Positions 47,018 to 56,760 of a stretch of 64,000 nt of DNA are shown piece after piece. The stretch spans positions 64,001 through 128,000 of the forward strand of contig CAWBAN010000005.1 in NCBI GenBank assembly GCA_963786935.1. The letters are read 5' to 3'. Numbering within the stretch: position 1 is the stretch's first letter; every line of letters begins with the position of its first letter. This stretch comes from an uncultured bacterium (GTDB lineage: Bacteria > Krumholzibacteriota > Krumholzibacteriia > Krumholzibacteriales > Krumholzibacteriaceae). The notes under the pieces are model-generated. The model was given only the letters and a program-made list of their open reading frames with translations, had not been told where the DNA came from and ran no database searches. Both the position numbers and the translations under genes were made by a program.

Positions 47018-49612
47018 TTAAAAGGTGCCTTTCTTCGCCTCGTGCACCCAGATGTTGCCCCGGTTGTTCTCTCGAAAGAATGCGACGAAGCGTCCATCCA
47101 ACGAAACGTCGAACGTGCCGATGCCCGCCCTCGGTCCGAAAGAGACGGGGGGATTGATCGCCGTGACGGCGCCGTTATCGGGAGAGACCCTCCGGAGGCT
47201 CACGCCGTCCTCGCCCCAACTTCCGCTCACGAGCAGCGAGCTGTCGGTGAAGTCCCAACGCACCGTTTCCGCCGCCGCGCCCGACGTGATCTTCCTTCCG
47301 GGCCTGCTGCCGTCGGCGGGAACGATCCACACCTCCCCTTCCCCGACGTACGCGATCCGCGTTCCGTCGGGAGACCAGCTGGGAGCGATCGCGAAGACCT
47401 TGTCTCGGGTGATCCGGACCGCCGGCCCCGCGGCCCGGCCCTCGGCGACCGGAATGGTCCAGACGTTGGAGACGCCGTCTCGTTGCGACGCGAACACCAA
47501 TTTCGAACCGTCCGGCGACCACGAAGGCTGATAGTCGGGCGCGGGATCGTCGGTCACCATGATGGGTCGCCCGCCCGTCGCCGGAATCGTGTAGATGTCG
47601 CGGCGCTCGCCGATGATGCGATAGTACGCGATCCATTTGCCGTCGCGGGAGAACGTCGGACACGAGGCGTGCGCCGTGTCCTCGGTGAGCCGCTGGGGCT
47701 GGCCCGCGGGCGCGCCGCCCTCGAGCGGCTGTATCCAGAGATCGGACGTCCGCCCGGCACGCTTCGACGAAAACACGACCTTGCTCGCGTCGGGAGCGAT
47801 GGTGGGCAGGCAGTCGCCCTGCATGCCGGAGAGCTTCCGATCCAGCCCCGTCTTCAGGTCTCTGATGTGCAAGGCGGCGGGTTCCTGCTCTGTCGCGTAG
47901 GCGAGGCGCGATCCGTCACGACAGACGGTCGGGTCCTGTTCGTACGAGGTTCCCTTGGTTTTCCGCTCGGCGACGCCTCCTCCGGCGCCGATGCGCCAGA
48001 GGGCGAGGGTGCCGCCGCGACTGGAAGAGAAATAGATGTGTTTCCCGTCACTGGACCATGCCGGATAGTAGTCGAGGGCCCCGTCACTCGATAGGCGTCT
48101 GGCCGGCCCGCCCGAGGCGGGGATGGTCCACAGATCCTGCCTCGCGGCGTAGCAGATCGTCTTGCCGTCGGGGGACCACGCGGGTTTGCAGCGCTCCCAC
48201 ATTCCGTCGTTCGCTCCGGTGAGAACGGTGAAATTCGCGGGATCGGCGATCGAGGAAACGGCGATTCCCTCCTGATTTTCGGGAAGGAACACGGTGAACG
48301 CGATACGCCCGCCGACGGGCGAGATCGCCGGATCGATGGCGTCCTTGACCATCAGCGTGGCGCCCCCGCCGAGCGAGGACATCTTCCATATCCCCTTCGA
48401 GCCGCCGCGCTCCGAGACGAACGCAATCGATTCTCCGTCCGGAAACCATGCCGGCGAGTAATCCGGAGCGTGATCGTTCGTGAGCCTGATCTTGCTCTCG
48501 CCGCTCACGTCCGAGATGTAGATGTCCTTGTTTCCCGATTCGTCGGATGCGTACGCGATCCTGCTTCCGTCGGGGGAGAGCGCCGGCTCCGCCTGCCAGG
48601 CGTCTCCCACCGTCACCTGATGCGCCTCGCCGGGAAGCCCCCCCGGATACGGTTCCCGGCGCACCGCGATCAACCAGACGACCGTGGCGGCTGCCACGAC
48701 GGCCGCTGCAGCCGCCGCAAAGAATATCCACCTCCTTCCCTTGTTCTTGAACTTCCATTCGCTCGTGCCGGTGAATGTGCTGAAATCGAGCTGCTGTTTC
48801 AGCGCGCTCAGGTCGGCGAGCAGCTCGCTCACGCTTTGGTAACGCTCGTCCTGTTTCTTGGCGAGCGCCTTGTTGACGATGTTCTCGAGCTCTTCCGGAA
48901 CGCCGGGGCGGATGCCGCCCATCGCGGGAGGCGTCTCGTTCATGATTGAATAGACAATGGCGACGTCGTAGTCGCCTTTGAACGGCAGTTCCCCCGTCAC
49001 CATCTCGTAGAGCACGACGCCGAGGGCCCAGATATCCGTCTTCGGACCGGTCTCCTCGCCGCGGGCCTGCTCGGGGGACATGTACGAGACCGTGCCCATC
49101 GTCTTTCCCGTGGTCGTGAGTCTCATTTGCCCCGCGAGCTTGGCCAATCCGAAATCGACGATCTTCACTTCCCCGTCATCGGTGATGAAGATGTTGCCCG
49201 GCTTGATGTCCCGGTGAACGATCCCGTGGGCATGAGCCTTGGCGAGGCCATGGGCCGCCTGCGAGGCGATGCCGAGCGCCTCGCGGAGCTCGAGCGGTCC
49301 CTCGGCGATTCGCTCTTTCAGCGTTTTTCCCTGATAGTAGGCCATCGAGATGAAGATCCGGTCGTCTTCGATCTCGTCTACCTCGAATATCGTGCAGATG
49401 CTGGAATGTTCTATCGCGGAGGCTGCGCGCGCCTCCTGCACGAAGCGCTCCTTGGCCTTCTTGTCGCGCGTCATTTCGGGAGGCAGGAACTTGAGGGCGA
49501 CGGTGCGGCCGAGCTTGGTATCCTCGGCCTTATAGACGACGCCCATGCCGCCCGCGCCGATACGTTCGATGATTCTGTAATGTGATATGATCTTGCCGAC
49601 TAGAGAATCCAT
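47018..49612 (-). CDS. Hanks-type Ser/Thr kinase with TM helix and PD40/TolB-like propeller repeats
   Basis: GAGGMGVVY, VALK, HRDIKPGN, DFG, YMSPE; many PAWSPDG-type repeats. Confidence 0.95.
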   Translation of the reverse strand: MDSLVGKIISHYRIIERIGAGGMGVVYKAEDTKLGRTVALKFLPPEMTRDKKAKERFVQEARAASAIEHSSICTIFEVDEIEDDRIFISMAYYQGKTLKERIAEGPLELREALGIASQAAHGLAKAHAHGIVHRDIKPGNIFITDDGEVKIVDFGLAKLAGQMRLTTTGKTMGTVSYMSPEQARGEETGPKTDIWALGVVLYEMVTGELPFKGDYDVAIVYSIMNETPPAMGGIRPGVPEELENIVNKALAKKQDERYQSVSELLADLSALKQQLDFSTFTGTSEWKFKNKGRRWIFFAAAAAAVVAAATVVWLIAVRREPYPGGLPGEAHQVTVGDAWQAEPALSPDGSRIAYASDESGNKDIYISDVSGESKIRLTNDHAPDYSPAWFPDGESIAFVSERGGSKGIWKMSSLGGGATLMVKDAIDPAISPVGGRIAFTVFLPENQEGIAVSSIADPANFTVLTGANDGMWERCKPAWSPDGKTICYAARQDLWTIPASGGPARRLSSDGALDYYPAWSSDGKHIYFSSSRGGTLALWRIGAGGGVAERKTKGTSYEQDPTVCRDGSRLAYATEQEPAALHIRDLKTGLDRKLSGMQGDCLPTIAPDASKVVFSSKRAGRTSDLWIQPLEGGAPAGQPQRLTEDTAHASCPTFSRDGKWIAYYRIIGERRDIYTIPATGGRPIMVTDDPAPDYQPSWSPDGSKLVFASQRDGVSNVWTIPVAEGRAAGPAVRITRDKVFAIAPSWSPDGTRIAYVGEGEVWIVPADGSRPGRKITSGAAAETVRWDFTDSSLLVSGSWGEDGVSLRRVSPDNGAVTAINPPVSFGPRAGIGTFDVSLDGRFVAFFRENNRGNIWVHEAKKGTF

Positions 49613-49673
49613 AGACGGGAGCCTCTGATAGCGCTCTTCTGAAATCCCCCGACAAATCAACCGCTTATCGCGC

Positions 49674-49703
49674 ACAGTAACAAATCGTTGACATAGATGT
49701 CAA
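49674..49703 (-). promoter_or_regulatory. Kinase promoter with a palindrome over the -35 element
   Basis: TTGACATCTATGTCAA palindrome; TG-T-TACTGT -10 element. Confidence 0.6.
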
Positions 49704-49763
49704 AGAGAAAGGCCGAAGCCGGCGCTTTCAGTTATCGAGCCGGTTCGCCGCGCGATCGCTCAT

Positions 49764-50027
49764 CTAGGGCTCCGTCGGAATGGGCTCCGTCGGGAAATCC
49801 TCCATCCATACCTTGTTGGCCGAAAGATCCACTCCATCGATGAAGAGCTCGTACCTCGATGGATCGAGAAATTCCATGGTCTCCTTATCTCTGACACACA
49901 TATAGACCGACTTCCTTTGTTCTTTCATGAAAATCTCCATGACGAACGCAAGCCACGGAGCCGGCACAGCCCAGGCCATCATGCCCTGCGATATGGTTTT
50001 CCTAGGGTAGAAATTCAAAGCGTCCAT
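49764..50027 (-). CDS. 87-aa orphan protein (3' end of the track ORF 49764..50930)
   Basis: AGGAGG RBS before ATG 50027; MDALNFYPRK...DFPTEPIPTEP; starts 47 nt after the kinase stop. Confidence 0.7.
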   Translation of the reverse strand: MDALNFYPRKTISQGMMAWAVPAPWLAFVMEIFMKEQRKSVYMCVRDKETMEFLDPSRYELFIDGVDLSANKVWMEDFPTEPIPTEP

Positions 50028-50074
50028 GTTCGAACCTCCTGCGAATGGGATCGATGAACGTTCTGATCCGAGAC

Positions 50075-52816
50075 TCACGATTTGGATATATCCGCGAGCG
50101 GGCGGAAACCCGGATCGGCTCCGTTCCAGACGGCCTTCGCGCGCCTGAAATAGTCCCGCGCCTTTTCCTCCGATCCGCGAAGCGCGTACGCGCGTCCGAG
50201 GAGCGCCAGCGCCTCGCCGTCCTTTTCGTTGTATGCGACGAGGGCGGTTCCCTCGTCGACGGCCTCGTCGATTTTCCCCGCCTCGATGGCGCCGCGCACG
50301 AAATCCTTCCGGAAGAGGAGATACTCGTGGAGAAACTCCGCCGTGAGCGCCGCGCGCCGGAATTCTTCGAGACTCTCGTCGTAGCGCTTCTCCGCGAGAA
50401 GGATCCATCCGCGCAGATCGTGGTAGTAGCCGGAGGCGCGCGAAACGCCGGACCGGCCAAGGGCGCGGTCGATCGCCTCGAGCTCTCGAGCGGCCCGAGC
50501 GGCGGAGCCGGCGCGGGCGACTGCCGCGCGGCCGAGGAGCCAGCGGGCCTGGATGGAAAGGCTGTCGAGGGCGAGCGCGCGCCCCGCTTCCTTCGCGGCG
50601 CGCTCTTCCTCGCCCCGGGCGAGGAACGCGAGGCCGCGGAAGACGTGCCCCTGCGGTTTCATGGTTCTCGTCGTCCGGTCGATATATTGCTCGAACCATG
50701 CTTGCGCGGAGTCGCATTTGCCCAGCGTCAGCGAAGAGAAACCGAGATCCTGATACGCCCAGTAGTAGTCGGGATCGAGCTCGACGATCTTCTGGTAGCG
50801 CTCGATCGCCTCCTCGCATTCCCCCCGGTAGAAATAGACGCTCGCGATGTCGTGGAGCACGTCGGGCGAGCCGGCGTTCAGCCGGCCGTAATTCTCGAAG
50901 GCGATCATCGCGTCGTCGAACCTTCCCCAATAGAGATAGGCGTTCCCGAGACAGCTGTACGCCTTCGCCCAGCAGCCTGCGAGATTCTGGGGATCGATCT
51001 CGAACACCCGTCGAAGCTGCGTGACCCCCTCGGGGAACTTCTTCTGGAAACGATAGAGAACGTAGCCGAGATCGAGCTGCATGCGGACGTCGTCGGGGGA
51101 GCGAATCAGATGGCTCTTCATGTTCGCGACCGTCTTATCGTAATCCCCCTGAAGGCGCAGCTCGACGATCCATGCCCGCATGAAATCGGATTCGCTGCTC
51201 CGGGCGCATTCCTTTGCCTTCCGCACGCAGGCAAACGCGCGTTTCGGGTCGTGCGAGTAGTCGTACCAGAGCGCGAGGCGCAGGAGCGCCCTGACGAACG
51301 TGGAGTCGAGGAGCACCGCCTCCTCGATGAGCGGAATTCCCCGGGGATCGTTGCTCCGGTACAGCTCCTCCCCCTTCTGGAACGATCGATACGCGGCCTC
51401 CGATTCGGTCGTCGTCGCCGCGGCGAGCCGGGGCTGCACGGCGCCGGGCCGCCACCGGGGCAGGAGCTTCAGCCGTCTGCTCAGCTTGTCCGAGAGCCGG
51501 TCGACCGCGGCGAAGCTGACGGAGGCGCCCGTCTTGAGCCGCACCGATTCCTCGAAGATCATCGTCCGCGCGCTCACGTCGAACACGCGGGCGGCGAGCC
51601 GGACCGCCGCGCCGTCGCGTTCGAGCCGCGGGACGACGAGGATCCGCGCCCGCGCCTGGCGCGATATGAGGAGCGCCGTCGTGTCGTTCACCGCGGCGAT
51701 CCCGAGCAGCCTGCAGATCTCCACGACGCGGTCGCGCGCGACCGGCTTGATGTATTTGTTCTGTCCGAGGTCCGTGGAAAGGAGGTCGGCGATGTAGCTC
51801 GCGTAGCTCGTGTCCGATTCCGCTCTTCCCGCGCCGAGGACCGCGAGCGCAACGGGCTCGGACGCCATGTGGAAGTAGCGCGCGTACGAGAAGGTCAACG
51901 CCGCGACGACCGCCGCCGCCGCGCAGAACGCGAAGACGGTTCTCCGCGAGGGCCGCCGGGATCGCCGCGGCGGGGCGGAGGCCCCGTGCTCCGCCGCGGG
52001 GCGGAGCGCTTCGAGCTGCGCCAGCATCTCCTCCCGCATCTCCGCCGCGGAGGCGTAGCGGTCGCGCGCTTCTTTCTTCAGCGCCTTCGCGATGATGCGG
52101 TCGAGCGCCGGGGGCACCGCGGGATTGATCCGCGAAGGGGGCGCGTACGATTCGTGGACGATCGCGTAGAGCGCCGCCGCCTGATAATCCCCGCCGAAGG
52201 GGAGGCTCCCCGTCAAAAGCTCGTAGAGCACGACGCCGAGAGACCAGATGTCGCTCCGCGGATCGAGCTCGTGCCCCTTCGCCTGCTCGGGGGACATGTA
52301 CTGCACCGTGCCGACCGTCGCCGCGCTCGTGCTGAGCCTCGATGCGTCGGTCAGCTTGGCCAATCCGAAGTCGAGAATCTTGACGTGGCACTTCGAGGAA
52401 ACCATGATGTTGGACGGCTTGACGTCGCGGTGAACGATGCCGGCCCCATGGGCCTCCTCGAGCCCCGCCGCGACCTGGCACGCGATGTCGAGCGCCTCCG
52501 CGATTTCGAGGCGTCCCCGCGCGATCTTCTGGGCGAGCGTCTCGCCGTCGCACCAGGCCATGCAGATGAAGGTGCGTCCGTCCGGCGTCTCCTCGATGCT
52601 GTGCACCGCGCAGATGTTGGGATGATCGAGCTTGGACGCGGCCTGCGCCTCCCGGACGAATCGCTTCATGTTCTCCTCGCCAGGGATCATGCTCTCGGGG
52701 AGGAACTTGAGCGCGACCGGCCGGTTGAGCCTCGTGTCGTGCGCCTTGTACACGACGCCCATGCCCCCGGCGCCGAGCTTTTCGAGAATTTCGTAGTGAA
52801 GAATGTTCTTTTCCAT
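50075..52816 (-). CDS. Hanks-type Ser/Thr kinase with TM helix, TolB-N-like segment and TPR repeats
   Basis: GAGGMGVVY, HRDVKPSN, DFG, YMSPE; hydrophobic helix; C-terminal TPRs. Confidence 0.95.
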   Translation of the reverse strand: MEKNILHYEILEKLGAGGMGVVYKAHDTRLNRPVALKFLPESMIPGEENMKRFVREAQAASKLDHPNICAVHSIEETPDGRTFICMAWCDGETLAQKIARGRLEIAEALDIACQVAAGLEEAHGAGIVHRDVKPSNIMVSSKCHVKILDFGLAKLTDASRLSTSAATVGTVQYMSPEQAKGHELDPRSDIWSLGVVLYELLTGSLPFGGDYQAAALYAIVHESYAPPSRINPAVPPALDRIIAKALKKEARDRYASAAEMREEMLAQLEALRPAAEHGASAPPRRSRRPSRRTVFAFCAAAAVVAALTFSYARYFHMASEPVALAVLGAGRAESDTSYASYIADLLSTDLGQNKYIKPVARDRVVEICRLLGIAAVNDTTALLISRQARARILVVPRLERDGAAVRLAARVFDVSARTMIFEESVRLKTGASVSFAAVDRLSDKLSRRLKLLPRWRPGAVQPRLAAATTTESEAAYRSFQKGEELYRSNDPRGIPLIEEAVLLDSTFVRALLRLALWYDYSHDPKRAFACVRKAKECARSSESDFMRAWIVELRLQGDYDKTVANMKSHLIRSPDDVRMQLDLGYVLYRFQKKFPEGVTQLRRVFEIDPQNLAGCWAKAYSCLGNAYLYWGRFDDAMIAFENYGRLNAGSPDVLHDIASVYFYRGECEEAIERYQKIVELDPDYYWAYQDLGFSSLTLGKCDSAQAWFEQYIDRTTRTMKPQGHVFRGLAFLARGEEERAAKEAGRALALDSLSIQARWLLGRAAVARAGSAARAARELEAIDRALGRSGVSRASGYYHDLRGWILLAEKRYDESLEEFRRAALTAEFLHEYLLFRKDFVRGAIEAGKIDEAVDEGTALVAYNEKDGEALALLGRAYALRGSEEKARDYFRRAKAVWNGADPGFRPLADISKS

Positions 52817-52888
52817 CGCAATGCCGCAAAGCCGCCGCGACGGTTCAAGCCTGGTGCAGGTTGAGTGTGGATTTCCCCTTCCTCTTGA

Positions 52889-52917
52889 ATGTTAACAAAC
52901 AATGACGGGGGCGTCAA
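52889..52917 (-). promoter_or_regulatory. Kinase promoter with a palindrome over the -35 element
   Basis: TTGACG-N17-TAACAT; TGACG-N4-CGTCA at 52903-52916. Confidence 0.6.
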
Positions 52918-52995
52918 TTGCGATTTACGGCGGCTCGGCGATACGTCGCGGGCGGGCTTGGGAACGCGCCTGCTTTCCGCCGGCCCGGCGGTCTT

Positions 52996-54498
52996 CTACT
53001 TGATCTTCTCGATCAGGCGCCGGGCCTTCTCGTGGGCGGGATCGATGGCGAGCGCTTCCTCGAGAGCGGCGACCGCCGTCGCCTTGTCGCCGCGCTCCAG
53101 ATGAATCTGCGCGAGCCAGAATCGCGTGTCCGCCGACCGGGGATACGCCTCGAGGTTGAGCTGCATGAGCGCGAAGAGCTCGTCGCTCCGCTCCGGGCCC
53201 CATGATCTCGCGAAGCGCAGCAGACGGCTCTCGTCGAAGATCACGAGCTCGGGATCCCGCGCGCGGAGCTCGTGGAAGAGATTCGCGGCGGCTTCGACGC
53301 CGCGCGTCTCGACGATCTCGTCGAACTGCGCGGCGGTCGGCGGCGCGGGGAGCGCCGCCCGGGACGTCCACGTCGATCCCGCGACGGAGGCCGCTGGAGC
53401 CCGCAGAGCGCTCAGGCTCTCCGCGGAGCCTTTCAGGTACGCGTCGAAGAACACCTTGAGCCGCTCGGCGATCGCTCCCCACGAATCGCTCACCCATCCG
53501 ACCAGCGAGTCCTGCGCGGCCACATGATACTTCGCCACTTCATCGGCGCTGAACTCCCCGTGCTTGAAGCGGGGGATGCGCCACGAGTAGACGTCGGCGT
53601 ACCGCGCGTCGGATCCGAGCGGGAGCACCCGTTCCTCGTCCGCCAGCACGACGTCGAGGAGCGCGGCGCGCAGGTCGCGCGGCACCCACCAATCGAAGGA
53701 CTCCGCGATCGGGCGATACGGCGGCATCGTCGCCGCGCCGTCGAGACAGGCGATCGCGTCGATGCCGAGGTGCTGAATCGCGAAGAGGGGCGCCGTCATC
53801 CCGCCCCAGCTGAAGCCAAGCACACCCATATGGCGTTGGTCGACCCAGGGCTCCTGGCACATGCGGCCGAATACGAAAGCGAGGTCGCCGATCTGCGCGC
53901 GCGCCCCCATGAGGTCGATGCTCACCTCGGGTTCCCGGAGCCCCACGCTCGGAGCGGCCGCCACCACGTATCCGAAGCTCGCGAGATACTCGAACAGCAC
54001 CGCGTTCTCGTACGGGTCGGCGTTGATGCTCGGCGCATAGAGGATGAACGGAAACGGTCCCCGTGCGGGCGCCGCGTCGCGCCGCGCGAGCATCGGGCGG
54101 GCGAGGATCTCATCGAGACGCTTCTCGCTCGCGCCCCAGCGGAGCGGCCGGGCCTTGTATGCTTTCAATACGTCCGCCGCGGGGGCCTTCGGATCGTTCC
54201 CGGCCGAGCCCTGCGCCGCGAGAACGTAGTCCGCATACGCCATCCGCACTCCGCTCGCGCCGGCGGCCGGATACCACACGTGAATCTGGATCGGTCGCGA
54301 GAGCGGGCGAGGGGCAGGCCGCCCGTCGAGGTCGAGGCGCGGCCCGAAACTCCGCGCCGGATCGACGAGCCGGAGCACGCGGTAGCCGACCGCGTGAGGG
54401 CCGGCCGCGGGGCCGAGGAGCGGCGCGTCGGCGGCAATAACCCGAGCGGCGCATGCAAGAGCGAGAAGAGAAATCGTCATAACGCGGCGATAATGCAT
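52996..54498 (-). CDS. Exported alpha/beta hydrolase with C-terminal TPR
   Basis: Signal peptide, GPHAVG, VWYPA, EYLASFGYVV, nucleophile elbow GFSWGG. Confidence 0.82.
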   Translation of the reverse strand: MHYRRVMTISLLALACAARVIAADAPLLGPAAGPHAVGYRVLRLVDPARSFGPRLDLDGRPAPRPLSRPIQIHVWYPAAGASGVRMAYADYVLAAQGSAGNDPKAPAADVLKAYKARPLRWGASEKRLDEILARPMLARRDAAPARGPFPFILYAPSINADPYENAVLFEYLASFGYVVAAAPSVGLREPEVSIDLMGARAQIGDLAFVFGRMCQEPWVDQRHMGVLGFSWGGMTAPLFAIQHLGIDAIACLDGAATMPPYRPIAESFDWWVPRDLRAALLDVVLADEERVLPLGSDARYADVYSWRIPRFKHGEFSADEVAKYHVAAQDSLVGWVSDSWGAIAERLKVFFDAYLKGSAESLSALRAPAASVAGSTWTSRAALPAPPTAAQFDEIVETRGVEAAANLFHELRARDPELVIFDESRLLRFARSWGPERSDELFALMQLNLEAYPRSADTRFWLAQIHLERGDKATAVAALEEALAIDPAHEKARRLIEKIK

Positions 54499-54615
54499 CG
54501 CGATTCTCCTTGGACTTCGAAGGATGATGATCGCGCGGATCCTGATGCCCGCGGTCTTCCGCTTATACAGAGTTGAGGCTTTCCGGGTTCCGGGCGAGGT
54601 CGCGATTTGCGGCGG

Positions 54616-56529
54616 TTACGCCGAGGGCGGGGCGGGAGGGACGCCGAGCTCCTGCGTGGCGATCGTCTGCGCTTTCTGCGCGCGCTTCCGCTGCAGGGCG
54701 TCGAGTATCGCCTTTCGCATCCGGATCGCCTTCGGGGTGATTTCCACGAGCTCGTCCGCGGCGATCCATCCCAGGGCCTGCTCGAGCGACATCTTGCGCG
54801 GCACCTCGATGGTGACCGCGATGTCCTTCGTGGACGAGCGGTGATTGGTCAGGTGCTTGCGTTTGGTCGGATTGCACTCCATGTCGTCGGTGCGCGAGTT
54901 CTCGCCGACGATCTGCCCGGTGTAGACCCGCTCCATCGGCTCCACGAAGATCACCGATCGCTCCTGCAGCGCTTCGATCGAGTAGGCGGTCGTCGGCCCC
55001 GTGGCGATGCTGACGAGCGAGCCGCGGTTGCGCGAGGCGATCTCGCCGCGCCAGGCGCCGTATGCGATGAAACGCGAGGACATGATTCCGAGACCGCGCG
55101 TATCGGTCAGGAACTCGGAGCGGTACCCGATGAGCCCGCGGGTCGGTATCTCGAATTCGATCCGCACGACGGCGGCGCCGGAGTGCTCGACGGATCGCAG
55201 ATCGCCTTTCCGCTTCGCCATCTTCTCGATGATGACTCCCTGGTACTCCCCGGGAACGTCGATGATGAGCTGCTCGATCGGCTCGAGAAGGTTTCCGTCC
55301 GCGTCCCGGTGGGTGATGACCTCGGGGCGGGAGACGCAGAACTCGAGCCCCTCGCGCCGCATCTCCTCGATGAGGATTGCCAGGTGCAGCTCTCCCCGTC
55401 CCATCACCTTCACGCCGTCGGACCGCCCGAGATCCTCCATGCGCATCGCGACGTTCGTGCGAAGCTCCCGGCGCAGGCGCTCCTTCATCTGGCGCAGCAT
55501 GATCGCGGTGCCATCGTTTCCCGAGAAGGGCCCCGTGTTGACGAGGAAGAACATCGACACCGTCGGCTCCTCGATCTCGAGCGGCTTGAGCGCCTCGGCC
55601 GGATCCTCGATGGTCGAGAAGGTGTCCCCGATGCCGATCTCGCCGGGGCCGGCGAGCCAGACGATGTCGCCGGCGCTGATCGTGTCCGCCTCGACCCGCT
55701 CGAGCCCGCGCGTCACCCAGAAGTGCACGCCTTTTTCCTTGGTCGAGCCGGTCACGTCCCAGCCGGCGTTCTGATCGGCTGCGTCCTTCCAGCGCGTGAC
55801 GAAGCGGGTGAACTCGTCCCCCTCGCGGAGCGTGCCGCGCAGCACCCGGCCGCAGCCGATCTGCCCGACGTAATCGCTCCACGCGAGGGTGCTGACCTGC
55901 ATGAGAAACGGGCCGTCCCGATCCACCTTCGGCGGGGAGACGTGCTCGACGATGGTCTCGAAGAGGGCGTCCATTCCCTCGTGCGCGTCCTTCTCCAGGT
56001 CCTTCACGAGCCAGCCGTCGAGCCCCGAGCCGTAGAGCACGGGGAAATGAGCCTGCGCGTCCGTCGCGCCGAGATCGACGAAGAGATCGAACGTCTTGTT
56101 CAGCGTGTGCCCCGGACGGGCGTTCGGGCGATCGACCTTGTTGACGACGACGATCGGGCGCAGGCCGAGCCGAAGGGCGCGCATGAGGACGTATCGGGTC
56201 TGTGGCATCGGCCCTTCGTTGGCGTCGACGAGGAGGAGGACCGAATCGACCATCGAGAGCACCCGCTCGACCTCGCCGGAGAAATCGGCGTGGCCGGGCG
56301 TGTCGATGATGTTGATGAGATACCCGTTCCAGTCGACCGTGCAGTGCTTGGCCCGGATCGTGATGCCTCGCTCGCGCTCGAGGTCGTAGCTGTCCATGAG
56401 CCGTTCGGCGACCTGCTCGTTCTCCCGGAAGGTCCGGGCGGCGCGGAAGATCGAATCGATCAGGGTGGTTTTCCCGTGATCGATATGGGCGATGATCGCC
56501 AGGTTGCGGATATGGTTGACGGTCGTCAT
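54616..56529 (-). CDS. typA: Translational GTPase TypA/BipA
   Basis: [38 protein letters not shown]. Confidence 0.97.
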   Translation of the reverse strand: MTTVNHIRNLAIIAHIDHGKTTLIDSIFRAARTFRENEQVAERLMDSYDLERERGITIRAKHCTVDWNGYLINIIDTPGHADFSGEVERVLSMVDSVLLLVDANEGPMPQTRYVLMRALRLGLRPIVVVNKVDRPNARPGHTLNKTFDLFVDLGATDAQAHFPVLYGSGLDGWLVKDLEKDAHEGMDALFETIVEHVSPPKVDRDGPFLMQVSTLAWSDYVGQIGCGRVLRGTLREGDEFTRFVTRWKDAADQNAGWDVTGSTKEKGVHFWVTRGLERVEADTISAGDIVWLAGPGEIGIGDTFSTIEDPAEALKPLEIEEPTVSMFFLVNTGPFSGNDGTAIMLRQMKERLRRELRTNVAMRMEDLGRSDGVKVMGRGELHLAILIEEMRREGLEFCVSRPEVITHRDADGNLLEPIEQLIIDVPGEYQGVIIEKMAKRKGDLRSVEHSGAAVVRIEFEIPTRGLIGYRSEFLTDTRGLGIMSSRFIAYGAWRGEIASRNRGSLVSIATGPTTAYSIEALQERSVIFVEPMERVYTGQIVGENSRTDDMECNPTKRKHLTNHRSSTKDIAVTIEVPRKMSLEQALGWIAADELVEITPKAIRMRKAILDALQRKRAQKAQTIATQELGVPPAPPSA

Positions 56530-56547
56530 ACGGATACAAACCTCAAT

Positions 56548-56580
56548 AAAAGAAAACCGGGCCCGGCGGACCGAGGCCCG
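56548..56580 (-). terminator. Terminator-like hairpin in the typA leader
   Basis: Minus strand CGGGCCTCGG-TCCG-CCGGGCCCG followed by GTTTTCTTTT, just before the RBS. Confidence 0.5.
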
Positions 56581-56760
56581 AGTTAGTGCAGACTCGCAGG
56601 AAAATAGTACGTGCGGTCCGGATTTGCAACTCTTTTCTGGCCGCGGTGTTCAATCGTATCGTGTCATGAACCGCTTGACGGCATCCGCGTGACGGCGGAG
56701 ACTGTCGCGAGTCCGGAAGCTTCAGCCCGGGGGGGAGCGCATACGAGGAGGGCGCGTGTA

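Noticed and set aside
52842..52849. GGTTCAAG resembling the tRNA T-loop
   Set aside because: Only 8 nt match and the flanks do not align, so it was not counted as an att copy.
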